A stretch of DNA of 64,000 bases from Schmidtea polychroa. Taxonomy: Eukaryota. A model generated the notes under the pieces. The model was not told the origin of the DNA. It searched no databases and worked only from the letters and a program-made list of their open reading frames with translations. Shown here in pieces: positions 51,621 through 64,000 of this stretch (the stretch's first letter is position 1; each line of letters begins with the position of its first letter). The translations under genes and the position numbers were made by a program. The stretch is taken from assembly GCA_044892525.1 (NCBI GenBank), contig CM097885.1, positions 45,634,001 through 45,698,000 of the forward strand. Direction: 5' to 3'.

Positions 51621-53559
51621 TATAAATAATAATTTATTATATGCTTGCTACTTGCAGTTGAAAGTAAAATAATTTAGTCAAAAGTTTTCAAAGCAGAATT
51701 CAAACATGGAGAATTTGAATGTTATTTGATTATTGAACCAGTTTGTAATTTCGATTTAAATTGGAGTGCGTTTTCGATTTTACATAAAACACAGAAAATA
51801 ATAAATATTCTAGCATGGCATAATTGCGGCGTCACCTATTTTCAATCATAAAATTATAACTTGCCCGGGTATCTAATAAAGTTTTAATTCATAATTTTTA
51901 GCTTTTATAATCTCATCTGGAAAGAAAACCTTTAATTACTGTACATCAATAATATTAATAATACTTTTGTTTTAATTATTTATCTAATTTAATTTAACCC
52001 TAAAATTCTTGGCTCTGATATTTAAAGGTTCGACGAAGTAATTCGACGATAATTTTCTACGTTTTATAAATTTAATTATTTAAATGAAAAAATTTAATTA
52101 AAAAATTTAATTAAAATTTTAAAAAATTTAATTAATTAAATGAAAAAATTAATAAAAAATAAAAATAAGTTGGTTAAAAGAAACAAATGAAGTGAAATGC
52201 TTGTTAAGGTAATTGAATAGAATAATAATTAGAGAGAAATCAAAAAGACAGTTTTCATTAATTTTTTACATTAAAGAAAACTTTATTATTTATATTTTCT
52301 ATATATTTGCTGTTAAGTGTAAATTCAAATAATTTAGAATTTTTCAAACTCAACTTTCAAACATTTTGTTTTCAAATTACATTTCACTGAATTTCTCCAA
52401 CACTGTTAAATGTGCGAACAGAACTATTTTCATATAAATCAGAGCAAATTATTATAAAATAAATATAATTATTTTATTTTCATTAATTATCTACAGCGTT
52501 CGTGATCCTCTGATTCGAAATAATGCGACATATTTGCAATAATTCCTACATGGGCCTAAAATATTATCTTAATCCATTCTCCATAATATTCCCATGCGAA
52601 TAATCATCAGTTGCAGTTTTATTTACCCCTAATAATTGTTTTGCTGTTTTTTAAGCTTTTTCAAATGTCCCTAGTGTTTATTATTCATTTCGTTGTAATA
52701 ATTGAGTATCAGATTTTATTTGGAATTTTATGATTTGGTTTATTTTAGTATTTTAATTCAATTTTTAAACAATTTTTTAAAATAATAACACATTAAAAAG
52801 TGACTAGTTAAAATGGAAAAAATAATTTTTTTATAAATTTTATATTTAACAGAAATAGTATTTGTATTAATCATGTTTTTAATTTGTAATATTTATTGAA
52901 AATTATTTTTAATATTAGATAACAAGTGGGCAGAAATGTTTTAAAAGAATAAAATTAATTAATTTCCAATACAGGATTTTTCAAATATTTATTCAACTAA
53001 TATAATTTTATTCTGAATTTTTAAAATTTAAGTTTAAATAAACAAATTTGTAGTTAATCTTATTGTAAATTTCATTATCATCATTTTGACTATAAATCAA
53101 TATTTTTCATTTATTTAATATGAATTGAGGCACAGGCTTTTTTCATTGTTTGTTGACCAATCGTTATTTATTTATTTAAATAAACAAAAAAATATTATTT
53201 TATATTTTATATTAATTTATTTAAATTTTTATTAAATACAAAGAAAACTAGCAAAAGGCATGAAAAATAATATGCTATCTAAATGTTGATAGAAAGTTTT
53301 TCTTTTTCGATTACCTGGTTTGAGAGGCTTACATTTATAAAATATTATAGTGTAATCTTGTATCAGTTCATTCTTTCTTCTAAATATATTCACCGCGTTG
53401 CAATTCAAAAAACCCGTTTGTAATTTTAAAAAATGATCAATAAATTATAATATAAGAAACATATAAAGTCACTACAAAGTCATTAATGCCAGTAATATAT
53501 TTTATCATCACAGTAATTGACATTCGAACTCTGCTGCTCCGCTGTTTCTAATTGTCGAA

Positions 53560-54110
53560 TTTTTCCCTTGAGTTCATTGACTTTCATCTGTAGTTCCTTC
53601 ATTTATCGGATTGTTGAATCCAGCTTGACTCGTAGTTCCGTGATCTCATATTCTGTTAAAATTAGTGAATAATAACTGATCCTGTTAATTGTAACTTCCA
53701 CGGGAATATTCGTAACAAAAAATCCAAGATATTTTAGGAATTTGCTAGGATATTCTTTTAATTTAAAATTATCGGCATATTTTTCATTCCAATAGTTGAG
53801 AAACGACAATACGTTTCACGTAGCATGAATTTCATTCGATAAATTACTAAATGTGCTCAAAAATCATCATACATAGCCGGTTGTTTATTTAATAAAATTT
53901 TCATAGTTTCATTTAAATGCATCTTAATGTTATTAAATTTTAATCGACGATCAAAGTTTTTCCATATTTTCTTTTTCCATTTGAATAAAAAGATCTAAGT
54001 CAAAATAACTTCTTCGAAATACTTTATTTAAAATTTGCGATACGATTCCAATTAAATTCAGAGGCACCGCAATTCAAATCAAGCAGTTTAAAATCGATTT
54101 CACAATTTTA
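53560..54110 (-). mobile_element. highly degenerate possible MULE transposase remnant
   Basis: Coding-like fragments (FLNYWNEKY, VTNIPVEVTINRI) with many stops. Confidence 0.35.
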
Positions 54111-54681
54111 AACAAAATAGATTTATAGCAAAAAATTTGTTTATAATTTAATAATTTAATTAAACTATGTCATTCTTTGAAATTTTTTATCCCCAATTAA
54201 TTAATTTAAAAACTTTATTTAATTTTAAATATTATTTTTATTTAATGGTGTTCAAATCCGCCGCGAAACCTTCTAGTATTTTCTTCACTGGTATAAAATA
54301 TATTTTATTTTTATAATTGTTGGGGTTCGTAGAAAATAAACTCAAAATAAAATGGAATGTGCAAAACATGAAATTTATAAAAGTCCAAAATTATTTAAAA
54401 ATTTGAAAAAAAAATCAGAAGTACGAATTTCGGGGGAAATCGGTATGTACGGGTAGTGAACGTTGAGACGAACACAGACATACTAATATGAAACCGAAAG
54501 GGGGGTCTCCAGAAAAAAAATAAAGATAGTCAGAATCAGTACCGACTTTAACAGTGATAGCTCAAAACAATATATTTTAATATTTTAACATATTTTTATT
54601 TTTTAAGTTAATTTATTGAATCGTCTTTAAAATGATATTTAATTTACATTATTCTCTTTTATTTAAATCAATGTTACATAA

Positions 54682-55563
54682 GGCACTGGCGATGTTAACT
54701 TGCTATTGTCTTAATTATACTTCGATTTCAAAAATCAACACTCGAAAGAATAAAGATAAACGAAATTGCATTTCCATAAAATATTTCTGGTAAAATAAAA
54801 CCAATAACTCTGAACTGCAATTTTTCGATATGTGAAAATTTTCAATTTTAATCATGAAAAAATTTATTAAAAAGAAATACGCAACGAAATGAATATCAAT
54901 TTTTATTATAAAATTATGAAACATAATTTTGTAATTTTATTAGTTTATATTGGCAATATTGGTTATGGTCCAAAATCTGTCGAGAAAATGTTTTAATAAT
55001 AAATACAATAATATTTTTGAGGATCACAACTTCACTCATTTAACTGTTAATCATAGAAAATATTTTGTTGATCCTGTTACCGTTGCATATTCGCAAATGA
55101 TTGAAAATCTTTGGATGCATTTGAAAACATTTTTAAGATGAAATTCGTTTCGTAATTCTGATTGTTTAGACTTTTATTTGGCAGAATTCTTGTTCAGAAG
55201 ATTGCATAAAAATAATATAAACACTTTGTCTGAAAAGCTTTTGGAATTATTACGAATAAATTAGTCTTCATTTTGTAATATTATACTTATGTTATTATAA
55301 ATAATTTAACGTATTAATTTTTTTATATTTATATTCTAGTTTTTTATCTTTAATCTTCACAAAAAATTTATTATACATAAAAAAATTTAATCGACACAAA
55401 AAATATTTTCAATATTTCTAATTCAATTTTATAATTTTTTATAATTTTTTATAATTTTATAATTTTATAATAAAAATTGATATTCATTTCGTTGCGTATT
55501 TCTTTTTAATAAATTTTTTCATGATTAAAATTGAAAATTTTCACATACCGAAAAATTGCAGTT
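54682..55563 (+). mobile_element. Merlin deletion derivative with about 105-bp inverted repeats
   Basis: IR 54813-54917 / 55460-55563; HLTVNHRKYFVDPVTVAYSQMIENLWMHLK...YLAEFLFR; left end coordinate tentative. Confidence 0.88.
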
Positions 55564-55699
55564 ATTTTAATCTGTTCATAGTTATGCAACTGACTATTTT
55601 AAAAATTTTTGCTTCAAATTTATTATATTAACTCCTATTTTAAAAAGCTTAATCCAAATTTTATTTCCTATCTACAATGGCTCATGATGGTATCTTATA

Positions 55700-56670
55700 G
55701 TCTTTCAATGACAGACATTACAAATGAAGGCAAAGGAGAATACTACAGATGGAATCAAGTCAAGAGACGTTCAAAGCAGTGTCCAGCTACAATTTATTTG
55801 TTCTACCACATTGACAGTGAAAGCATCATAATGTTTGCTACAAATGATGAGAAGCCACAAACAACGGCATAAATAAAGAGTCAAAGAAAGTAATGTTTGC
55901 ATTATTCAAGTTGAAATTCAAACCAAAGCGTATCTTGGAAATTCTTGCTGAAAATTCGCAACCAGTTCCAACGAAATAAAACAATAAAAGGAACTTCAAG
56001 CATCAGTTTGGGTGAATTAAAAGCATGGTGCAAAGACAATAATACAATACAAGATGACAACAATACACCAATATGAAAATGAAATCAACGACGATAAAGA
56101 TGCCAATGATAAAATGAGTCAATTCAAATTTTTCGTTACAACCAGGAGATGCAAATGCAACACTTTTCAATCGAATTCTTCCGATGCAACTTTCAAGTTG
56201 ATTTGCAAGGTTTTCTTATTTTGTTAGTTGGTACTTATGGTTCTTATGGTTTTTGCAGCGTGCTCCTATGAAAAACGGAAAGATTTTGAATTTGTTTTCA
56301 ACAGCCTACGAAATGGTACAAAAGATAATTATTATCAAATGCAAACAAAATACTTAGCATTGATTAATGGTGTATCCAAGCGTTAAGAAATGCATTTATT
56401 TTGTGTGTGAAGAAAATAAAATTGCGATTCAAAATCAGTACAATTCAGCATATAGAAAGAATAATAACAACGAAATAGTGCAGAAATATAGAGGAAAAAT
56501 ACTTTTACCTGTCCTTCATTTTTAAGAACTAAATTTGTAAGCATATGATTGGCGTGGCGATCAGACTCAATATTGCAAACCCCCACCAGATTCAAAGCAT
56601 GTCGAGAGTGAGATGAAACACAAAATTGGTAGACCTGACAAAGCTAAAAGGCATTATTGAAACAAAAAAT
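55700..56670 (+). mobile_element. MULE (Mutator) transposase remnant
   Basis: YYRWNQVKRRSKQCPATIYL; DATFKLI/QGFLILLVGT; CSYEKTEDFEFVF; GRPDKAK. Confidence 0.75.
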
Positions 56671-57206
56671 ATTTATATGTTTGATTAATTTCAATTTCAA
56701 CATGATATTAAAAGATGATAACTTTTTTTTCATTACTTTTTTGTCGACTTTATTTTCAATGCTCAAATGGATTTAACCATAAAATATCAAATTTGGTCAT
56801 TTATTTATAAAGTTATTAATTTGGTAAATTTTATTATTCATTTAAAACTGTCAATTCATTATTTTTATCATTGGTTTGGTAAACAATGGAAACTGATAAC
56901 CCTTCTGTTTATATTTTTGAGAGGAGATTCCTAGCAATAAACTGATTTTATTACAAATTCTTTTACAAATTCTCACTGGTTTCATTAGTGCTTTTATAAA
57001 TAACCATTAAATATTATACAGGAAAAGCTAGACAACCGTTTGCATGATTAGCATTTACCTACAATATTAATCTTTGTCTTATTTCTGTAGCTATACGTTT
57101 TGGCGATTATCTCGCCTTTAGTATTTTTTGAGTTTTATAATTGTTTACAATTTTTAAATTTTTTAAAAACTTCTCAACGAAATCAATATATATATATATA
57201 TATATA

Positions 57207-58146
<940 letters not shown>

Positions 58147-58398
58147 TTTTTATTCTAATTAATTTACTTTGATTTGAAAAATTGGATTTTTCGGAAATTA
58201 CTATTCTATGATTCTTGTTGTTTAAATTTGTGATTTCTGGAAATTGGTATTTGTGAAGTTTTTAAAAAATATATATATAGAATTTAGTTAAGATATTTGT
58301 TGTTTTTGAATTTGCTTGTGGAACTGAGTGTATTTTACTATACATTTATGTAAATAATTTAATAGAAAATATTTTTCCTACTCTGAATAACTTTGGTA

Positions 58399-58931
58399 AT
58401 GACAGTTAACAGAATTGAAGATTTCCATCAATTTTCTCTTTCAAATCAATTTAATAAATTTGCTAATTGGTTTCTCTGTTTGAACTCCAAAATTATTGTG
58501 AATGATTTATGGATCAAAGATGGCGTTATTCAAGATTCAGAGCAGTTGTTTTATGTCGATAAACCTGTTCCTGATGTAATTATAGATTATTAGAATGCAA
58601 TTTTATCTCCAGGATTCATCGATATTCAAATTAATAGTGGATACGGATATGACTTTTCCGATTTATCACAAGAGCTTGAAAATAGTGTAAAACTAGTTAG
58701 TAAGAACCTCTGTTCAACACTTGTTTCTGTCCAACACTTGTGTCAAAAAATGAAGTTTATCGTGAAATATTGTCGAAGACCTATAAAATACCAAGTGAGA
58801 ATTCACAGAATCTAGGATTTCACATAGAAGGCCCGTTTCTATAGGTTTTAAAGAGTGGAATGCATAATCAAAATTTATTAAAAGAATTTTGTCCCAATCC
58901 GGGTGAGACTAAACACGAAACATATGGTAGC
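58399..58931 (+). pseudogene. AMDHD2: N-acetylglucosamine-6-phosphate deacetylase 5' fragment, no introns seen
   Basis: DLWIKDGVIQDSEQLFY..ILSPGFIDIQINSGYGYDFS..LGFHIEGPFL*..GMH..TYGS; stops and frameshifts. Confidence 0.9.
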
Positions 58932-58942
58932 AGAGCGTGGTT
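58925..58942 (+). other. 18-nt antisense copy of the tRNA-iMet 3' end (PBS-like sequence)
   Basis: TGGTAGCAGAGCGTGGTT; 16/18 identical to the recalled human iMet PBS TGGTAGCAGAGGATGGTT; includes the complement of CCA. Confidence 0.85.
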
Positions 58943-58947
58943 CCCTT

Positions 58948-59334
58948 CGGGGTACCACACTAGAATTCCAAAGTCAATCAATCCTGATGAAGCTGTAGCT
59001 TATGGTGCTGTTGTTCAGACTCCAATCTTATCTGTAGACAAGAGTGACGTTAAAGATTGATTGTTGTTTGATGTTGCTCCATTAATATTGGATATTGAAA
59101 CCGCTGGAGGATTCATACCAGATCTTATTAAGAGAAATTCTACCATTCCAACAAATCAACTCAAATCTTTTCAACATACGCCAATAACCAACCAGATGTC
59201 TTGATTCAAGTTTTTGAAGGTGAAAGAGCAACGACTAGAGACAAAATCTACTTAGTAAATTCGAATTGTCGGGAATGCCACCTGCTTTAAAAGATTATCC
59301 TCAAATTGAAGTCACATTCGATATCGATGCCAAT
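58948..59334 (+). pseudogene. cytosolic Hsp70/Hsc70 internal fragment
   Basis: TRIPK fused to [45 protein letters not shown]; stop and frameshifts. Confidence 0.95.
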
Positions 59335-59515
59335 TTATCGATGGACCAATCATCAAAAAATCATATAGCAGGTATGATTGCGATTTGTCACGATATGATT
59401 TTCAAAAATTCATTTTAATAATATAATTTGGGATAGGGTACCAATTTTGTCATTTAACCGCACCCCCGTAATGGGTCCCGGAGGTTGCCAAGAGATACCT
59501 TACCCCTTTAAATCA

Positions 59516-59700
59516 ACAGATATTCCTCTAAAGACATTGAATGGAAATATCACGCTTGAAATGGAATTAGGATCATCGATTCACGACCTTAAAAGGAAGA
59601 TTTATAAAAAAGAGGGAATTCCCATTAAGAAACAAAATTTAATCCATGGAGGAAGATATTTGTCAGGGAATACGAAATTGAAAGAATATGGAAGAAAGGT
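59516..59700 (+). pseudogene. divergent ubiquitin-like domain fragment
   Basis: QIFL/KTLNGNITLEMELGSSIHDLKRKIYKKEGIPIKKQNLIHGGRYL. Confidence 0.8.
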
Positions 59701-60079
59701 CATTTAGTAAAACTGGATGTTTCAATTGTGAAGGCAATTATTTCAAAGGTCAATGGCCTGTTTTTAAGAAGTTGACTCATAGGCACATAGGTGACTCATA
59801 ATTTCTGAGAAAATGTTTTTTCAAAATATTAATTTGCCAAATTATGTTTTAATTATTGTATTTTTCAATATAAATAAAGTTTAATAATCTTTAACTTAAA
59901 TTTAATGTTTTAATATTATTCACAACATATTTCCATTTTTTAAATGCATTTTAGGAAAAATTGGCGAATATTCACAAAACAGTGTTTTACATTTTTATAT
60001 TGACTTTAAGTTTATTTCTCCAAATTTTTAAATTATAGAACTAAATGAACTTTCTGGTATTTATGATAATCGTCTAAAG

Positions 60080-60130
60080 CAATGGTGGGCAAAGTATGGC
60101 CCAGCGATGTTTAAAATAGGGCCCACGGAT
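60080..60130 (+). mobile_element. isolated hAT-Charlie-type terminus
   Basis: GTCTAAAG|CAATGGTGGGCAAAGTATGGCCC. Confidence 0.45.
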
Positions 60131-60509
60131 AATTCTTCTAATTACCAAAAACACTAGCTGAATTACAAAAACTAAATTTTCTGCTTGATAAGCATACGGT
60201 AGTGATTGACTGATTTTACCTTTCACATGAGTGAACACCGATGCCAGGCTTATGTTTTGACACTAAACTTTCTACCCTTTTTGAGTATTGAATGTTTTAT
60301 ATCTGTGCTATCAAAGGCCACAACTGACAGTCGGCTCTTGTTTTTGTTATATTTCCAAGCTCCTACACGGATATATTTATAGTTTTGGTAATTTCTTAGT
60401 TTCTTATTTATATGAGTAGATAGATTGAGCTAAAGCAGAGCATCGCTAGACCACCCTCCTCGGTTATAAAAATTAAAAAAATTGGATTAAAGGCTCAAAG
60501 GTTTTCACC

Positions 60510-61269
60510 ATGTGCTCATTATTACAACTCGATTTTATGGATCAACCGAAATATTTACTACCAGGAGTTAATGTACACATTAGACTGAAAAGGTCCGATT
60601 CTGCATTATCTCTTACTGGTACAGGTGCACCAATATGTCAATTTGTTGATGCAAAATTATTGGTGAGAAGAGTTCGAGTAGACCCTTCAGTATCAGTGGA
60701 TCATCGATTGGGTCTTAATTCAAAACATGCAATTTATCCATTAAAAACAAAGGAAATTGTAGAATTCGTCATTACTGAAGGTGCTTCATCATTCTATAAA
60801 GAACAAATATTTGGTGATAGAAGAATGCCTAATTTTATTCTGATAACATTTCAAAGTGAAACACAATATAATGGATCATATGCTGCTTCCAGCTCAATTT
60901 TCAAAAGCTTTGGTGTTACATCATTGACTTTGTCGAAAAATACTGATTACAGAGAAGCATATATTCAATATTTCGATAGTGATAATTACTGTGCTACATA
61001 TATGCAGAGTATTGTTAGAAATCTGGGTTTTTTAGAAAAGATTTTTGAATTGTGGGATAACTCTAGAAGAATTTAAAACCAAATACTCATTTTTTACATT
61101 TGTTTTAGCCCCCGATTTTGATCTAAATTAGAGTCAATTACCACTAAATGGAAATTTACGACTGGATATAAAGTTTGCAAGAGCCATTACTAATCCTGTG
61201 CATGTTATAATATATGGAGTATTTGAAAATGAAGTTCGAATTACTTCAAATAGAACCGTGCTGGTATAA
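60510..61269 (+). mobile_element. Polinton/Maverick major capsid protein, C-terminal part (frameshifted)
   Basis: LQLDFMDQPKYLLPGVNVHIRLKRS..AKLLVRRVRV..AIYPL..YNGSY..FTFVLAPD..GNLRLDIKF..IIYGVFEN. Confidence 0.88.
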
Positions 61270-61500
61270 ATGCATACAGAAATATAGAAACTTGTCATGG
61301 AATAAATCTTTTGAATACTGTTTAATTTATTAAAGTATTCCTGTTCAGGTCCATAAAATTGGAAAACAGATATTGGGAAATGAATTTGTAGGAGTTTTCC
61401 TTCATGATAAAATTCCATATTTGAGCAATAATTAAGCCATAATCGTCAATACTCAACCATCTTATCTTGGTGGAGAACATTGGATAGCCATATATATTAG
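61270..61500 (+). mobile_element. Polinton adenain-like cysteine protease N-terminal remnant
   Basis: TAAATG junction with the capsid gene; FVGVFLHDKIP..IIVNTQPSYLGGEHWIAIY. Confidence 0.8.
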
Positions 61501-62150
61501 GGTGGGTCGAATGTTAATAAATTTTGAGTTCAAGAAAGGAAACATGGTTAAAAAGTTGTATTTTGGTATAGAAAAATCGAATCAAACCATTTTACTTAGA
61601 TTTATGGACATTTACTGCTCCCAACTTTTCTCCGAAAATGCAGTTCAACATAAGTGTGAAAACAATGTAATTTGGCTAGTGTCGGAATGTGTTTTGCGCC
61701 TTTGTCCATATTTAGATGTAGCTTTCTTAAGAGCTTATAAGTATATTATTTACTCTCTTGGGCTGAGATAGTATATTCTGTGTCCTCATCCCGCATTGAA
61801 ATATATCCTGACAACGTCAGTGATTAGGAAGGGCCAAATTTGAATTATCCTTTTCAAAGACAAAAATCAACTTTCGAAATTATTTTTTATTAAAAACATC
61901 CAGCCAAAAGTTTAGAAATGTATTAGCGAGGGCATAAAAAGAAGTCACATGAAATCAGCTTTGCTTTGCACCTTGGGCAATTCCTTCCTTGATTTTTTAC
62001 ACAGTAGTACCATACCATGTCTGGACTTGTGACCAAACACTTTGCAACTGGCAGAAGAAACATCTTTGATGGCTCTTTCAACGGCTTGAGAATGACAGGG
62101 AAATTGTTCTAATATTAATTTTTTCGGTTTAGAAAATGACCCAATTATTG
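61497..62150 (-). mobile_element. hATm-type transposon remnant truncating the Polinton protease
   Basis: Terminus TTAGGGTGGGTCG at 61497; FPCHSQAVERAIKDVSSASCKVFGHKSRHGMV...KSRKELPK at 61945-62150. Confidence 0.7.
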
Positions 62151-62663
62151 TTAATATTAGTGACGACGACGATGCTGATGACGTATTTGTTGGGCAAAGT
62201 AATGCCGCTGTTTTGAATAAAACAAGTAAATTTATTTTATTTTATTTTATTTGGTTATAATTGTCGACTTGGAAGATGAATTTGATGAAATTGTTATCAC
62301 TATGCAGGATGATGCCCCTATGCGGGATAAAATTGATGCCCATCTCGGGATGTCCTCTCTGAGGATGAATCCGATTCTGGTATAGAATCGAAATGTTAGT
62401 TTTGTTACATTTATTTTCAATTATTATATTTTCTTAAAAACTTATTAATTTTTCAAAAAATAAAAATGCGAATAATATTTTCAAATGTTCCTGGAATATT
62501 ACGAAATGTTCCTGAAAAATTATGAAAAATTATGAAATATTATGAAATGTTCCTGAAATATTAAAAAATGTTTAAAATATTATAAATACTTATGAAATTA
62601 ATAAGTATTTAAGAAAATAATAGAAATTGACCAAAGTAGTTTAAAACTATAGTTATCTTTATA

Positions 62664-62674
62664 TAATAATAATA

Positions 62675-62716
<42 letters not shown>

Positions 62717-62720
62717 GTAA

Positions 62721-62779
<59 letters not shown>

Positions 62780-62852
62780 TTGATAATAATATATTCCTTG
62801 AAGTTTGCAGTCAGCATGCATCTGCACTATTTTAAATAATATTATTGATAAT

Positions 62853-62932
<80 letters not shown>
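62664..62932. repeat. interrupted (AAT)n microsatellite
   Basis: Direct reading. Confidence 0.95.
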
Positions 62933-62937
<5 letters not shown>

Positions 62938-64000
62938 CAATAAAATGATAATTTTAGCCTTTTGCTGCAAATAATGTATTTAATGAAAATATTTTCGACT
63001 ATATGTTAGTCTTTGTCAATCTCATGGAATTTAGCAATGTTCTTTCCCAAAATACCTTTCAATCTTTCTTTTTTTTCCTTTCTCACCATTCTCAATGGTT
63101 GTAAATATAATGAATTTTTTTATTAAAAACTTTTAAAATTTTGTTGAAAATTAAAATTAAAAATAATAAAATAAAATAAATACCATTTAAAATTCCAAAA
63201 TGACACAAACTAAAAATTTTTAAATTTTTTTATACAGCTTCTAGAAGCCAAATAAAATATTTCAAAATATTCTAAATAAAGGCTCCGATAACCACTTATA
63301 TATGCTATTTAAATATTTCAATAAATGTGTCAATTTTGATTTTCAATTCCTATTTTTTTAAATTTTTCTATATTATTCTAATTATTACTTTTTAATTTAT
63401 TATATTTTTTTAACTTCTTTATATATTGTCAGTTATTCTCAAGGTCAATGACAACAGATCAAATTCATGATTTCATTGATTTCTTCTTTAGTGTTGATCT
63501 TTGGCTGTCTGTTTATGATGAGAATTGCTTCTTTGAATCAGACATTTTTCTTTTATGTTTCCATTAGCTATGATTTCTATTGAAATTTTTTTCTTTCCTC
63601 TGTTGGCTGACACTGCCGGAGATGTCTGCTCAACGAGGATGTTCCACCAGGATCTAGTCGTTCTTTAACTCTTTGGTACAAGGTCCTGAGAGTACTTCCA
63701 ATGTAGATTTCATTGCATACATTGCACGTGATGCAATAAACGATGTTTTTTCTAAAGCACATATCTTTCGGTGTCTGGCAGTTTTTCATTGTGCAATTGT
63801 TTTCTCTATTTATGTTGCCTGCCAGAGCCCTTTTCAATGTCCAAGATTTATGTGCTATCCGAATTGGAAGACCGGTAGTTCAAGTTCTTTCAGGATCTTA
63901 AATTCGATTATGTCACTGATGAATGGGATATTCAGATAGAAATATTTCTGATTCTTTTGTGTTAATTCCCTAGATCTTCTTTGGGTAGAATTCATTCTTT
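62933..64000 (-). mobile_element. Penelope-like retroelement 3' end (degenerate GIY-YIG endonuclease plus terminal repeat); continues beyond the window
   Basis: CTMKNC..C..KNIVYCITCNVCNEIYIGSTLRTLYQRVKE..SSLSRHL..KEAILI...PKIN; ends against (AAT)n. Confidence 0.93.
62983..63025 (-). ncRNA. minimal type I hammerhead ribozyme-like motif, U3-A8 variant (this copy lacks U16.1)
   Basis: ATGAGA-TTGACAA-A-GACTA-ACATA-TAGTC-GAAA-ATAT-TTTCAT; sister copies read GAAA-AT-TC (44.9 kb) and GAAA-TA-TT (33.1 kb). Confidence 0.7.

Noticed and set aside
58925..58942. A tRNA-Met gene on the minus strand
   Set aside because: Only the 3' 18 nt are present, including CCA; there is no cloverleaf

Overview
Very AT-rich eukaryotic DNA with (AAT)n and (TA)n microsatellites; the composition and repeat families suggest a freshwater planarian-type genome (inference). 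The only clearly intact host gene is the 3' part of the ciliary gene CFAP77: three small + strand exons (10011-10116, 24358-24465, 31052-31144) that the ORF track misses, separated by transposon-filled introns. The rest is mostly mobile DNA: two compact, structurally complete but mutated Ty3/Gypsy LTR elements with non-canonical termini; mariner, hAT, Merlin, MULE and pogo-type remnants and MITEs; a Polinton capsid plus protease remnant; and a Penelope element. There are also pseudogene fragments (FKBP6-like TPR, actin, AMDHD2, Hsp70, ubiquitin-like). The most interesting observations are: (1) an 18-nt antisense copy of the initiator tRNA-Met 3' end at the junction of a chimeric AMDHD2-Hsp70 pseudogene; (2) a U3-A8 variant minimal hammerhead ribozyme motif in the Penelope terminal repeat, also found in two small palindromic insertions, one with a 12-bp TSD; (3) a mariner transposase split by host cargo that includes an FKBP6/Shutdown-like TPR fragment. 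All protein and family assignments are from recalled motifs, not database searches.
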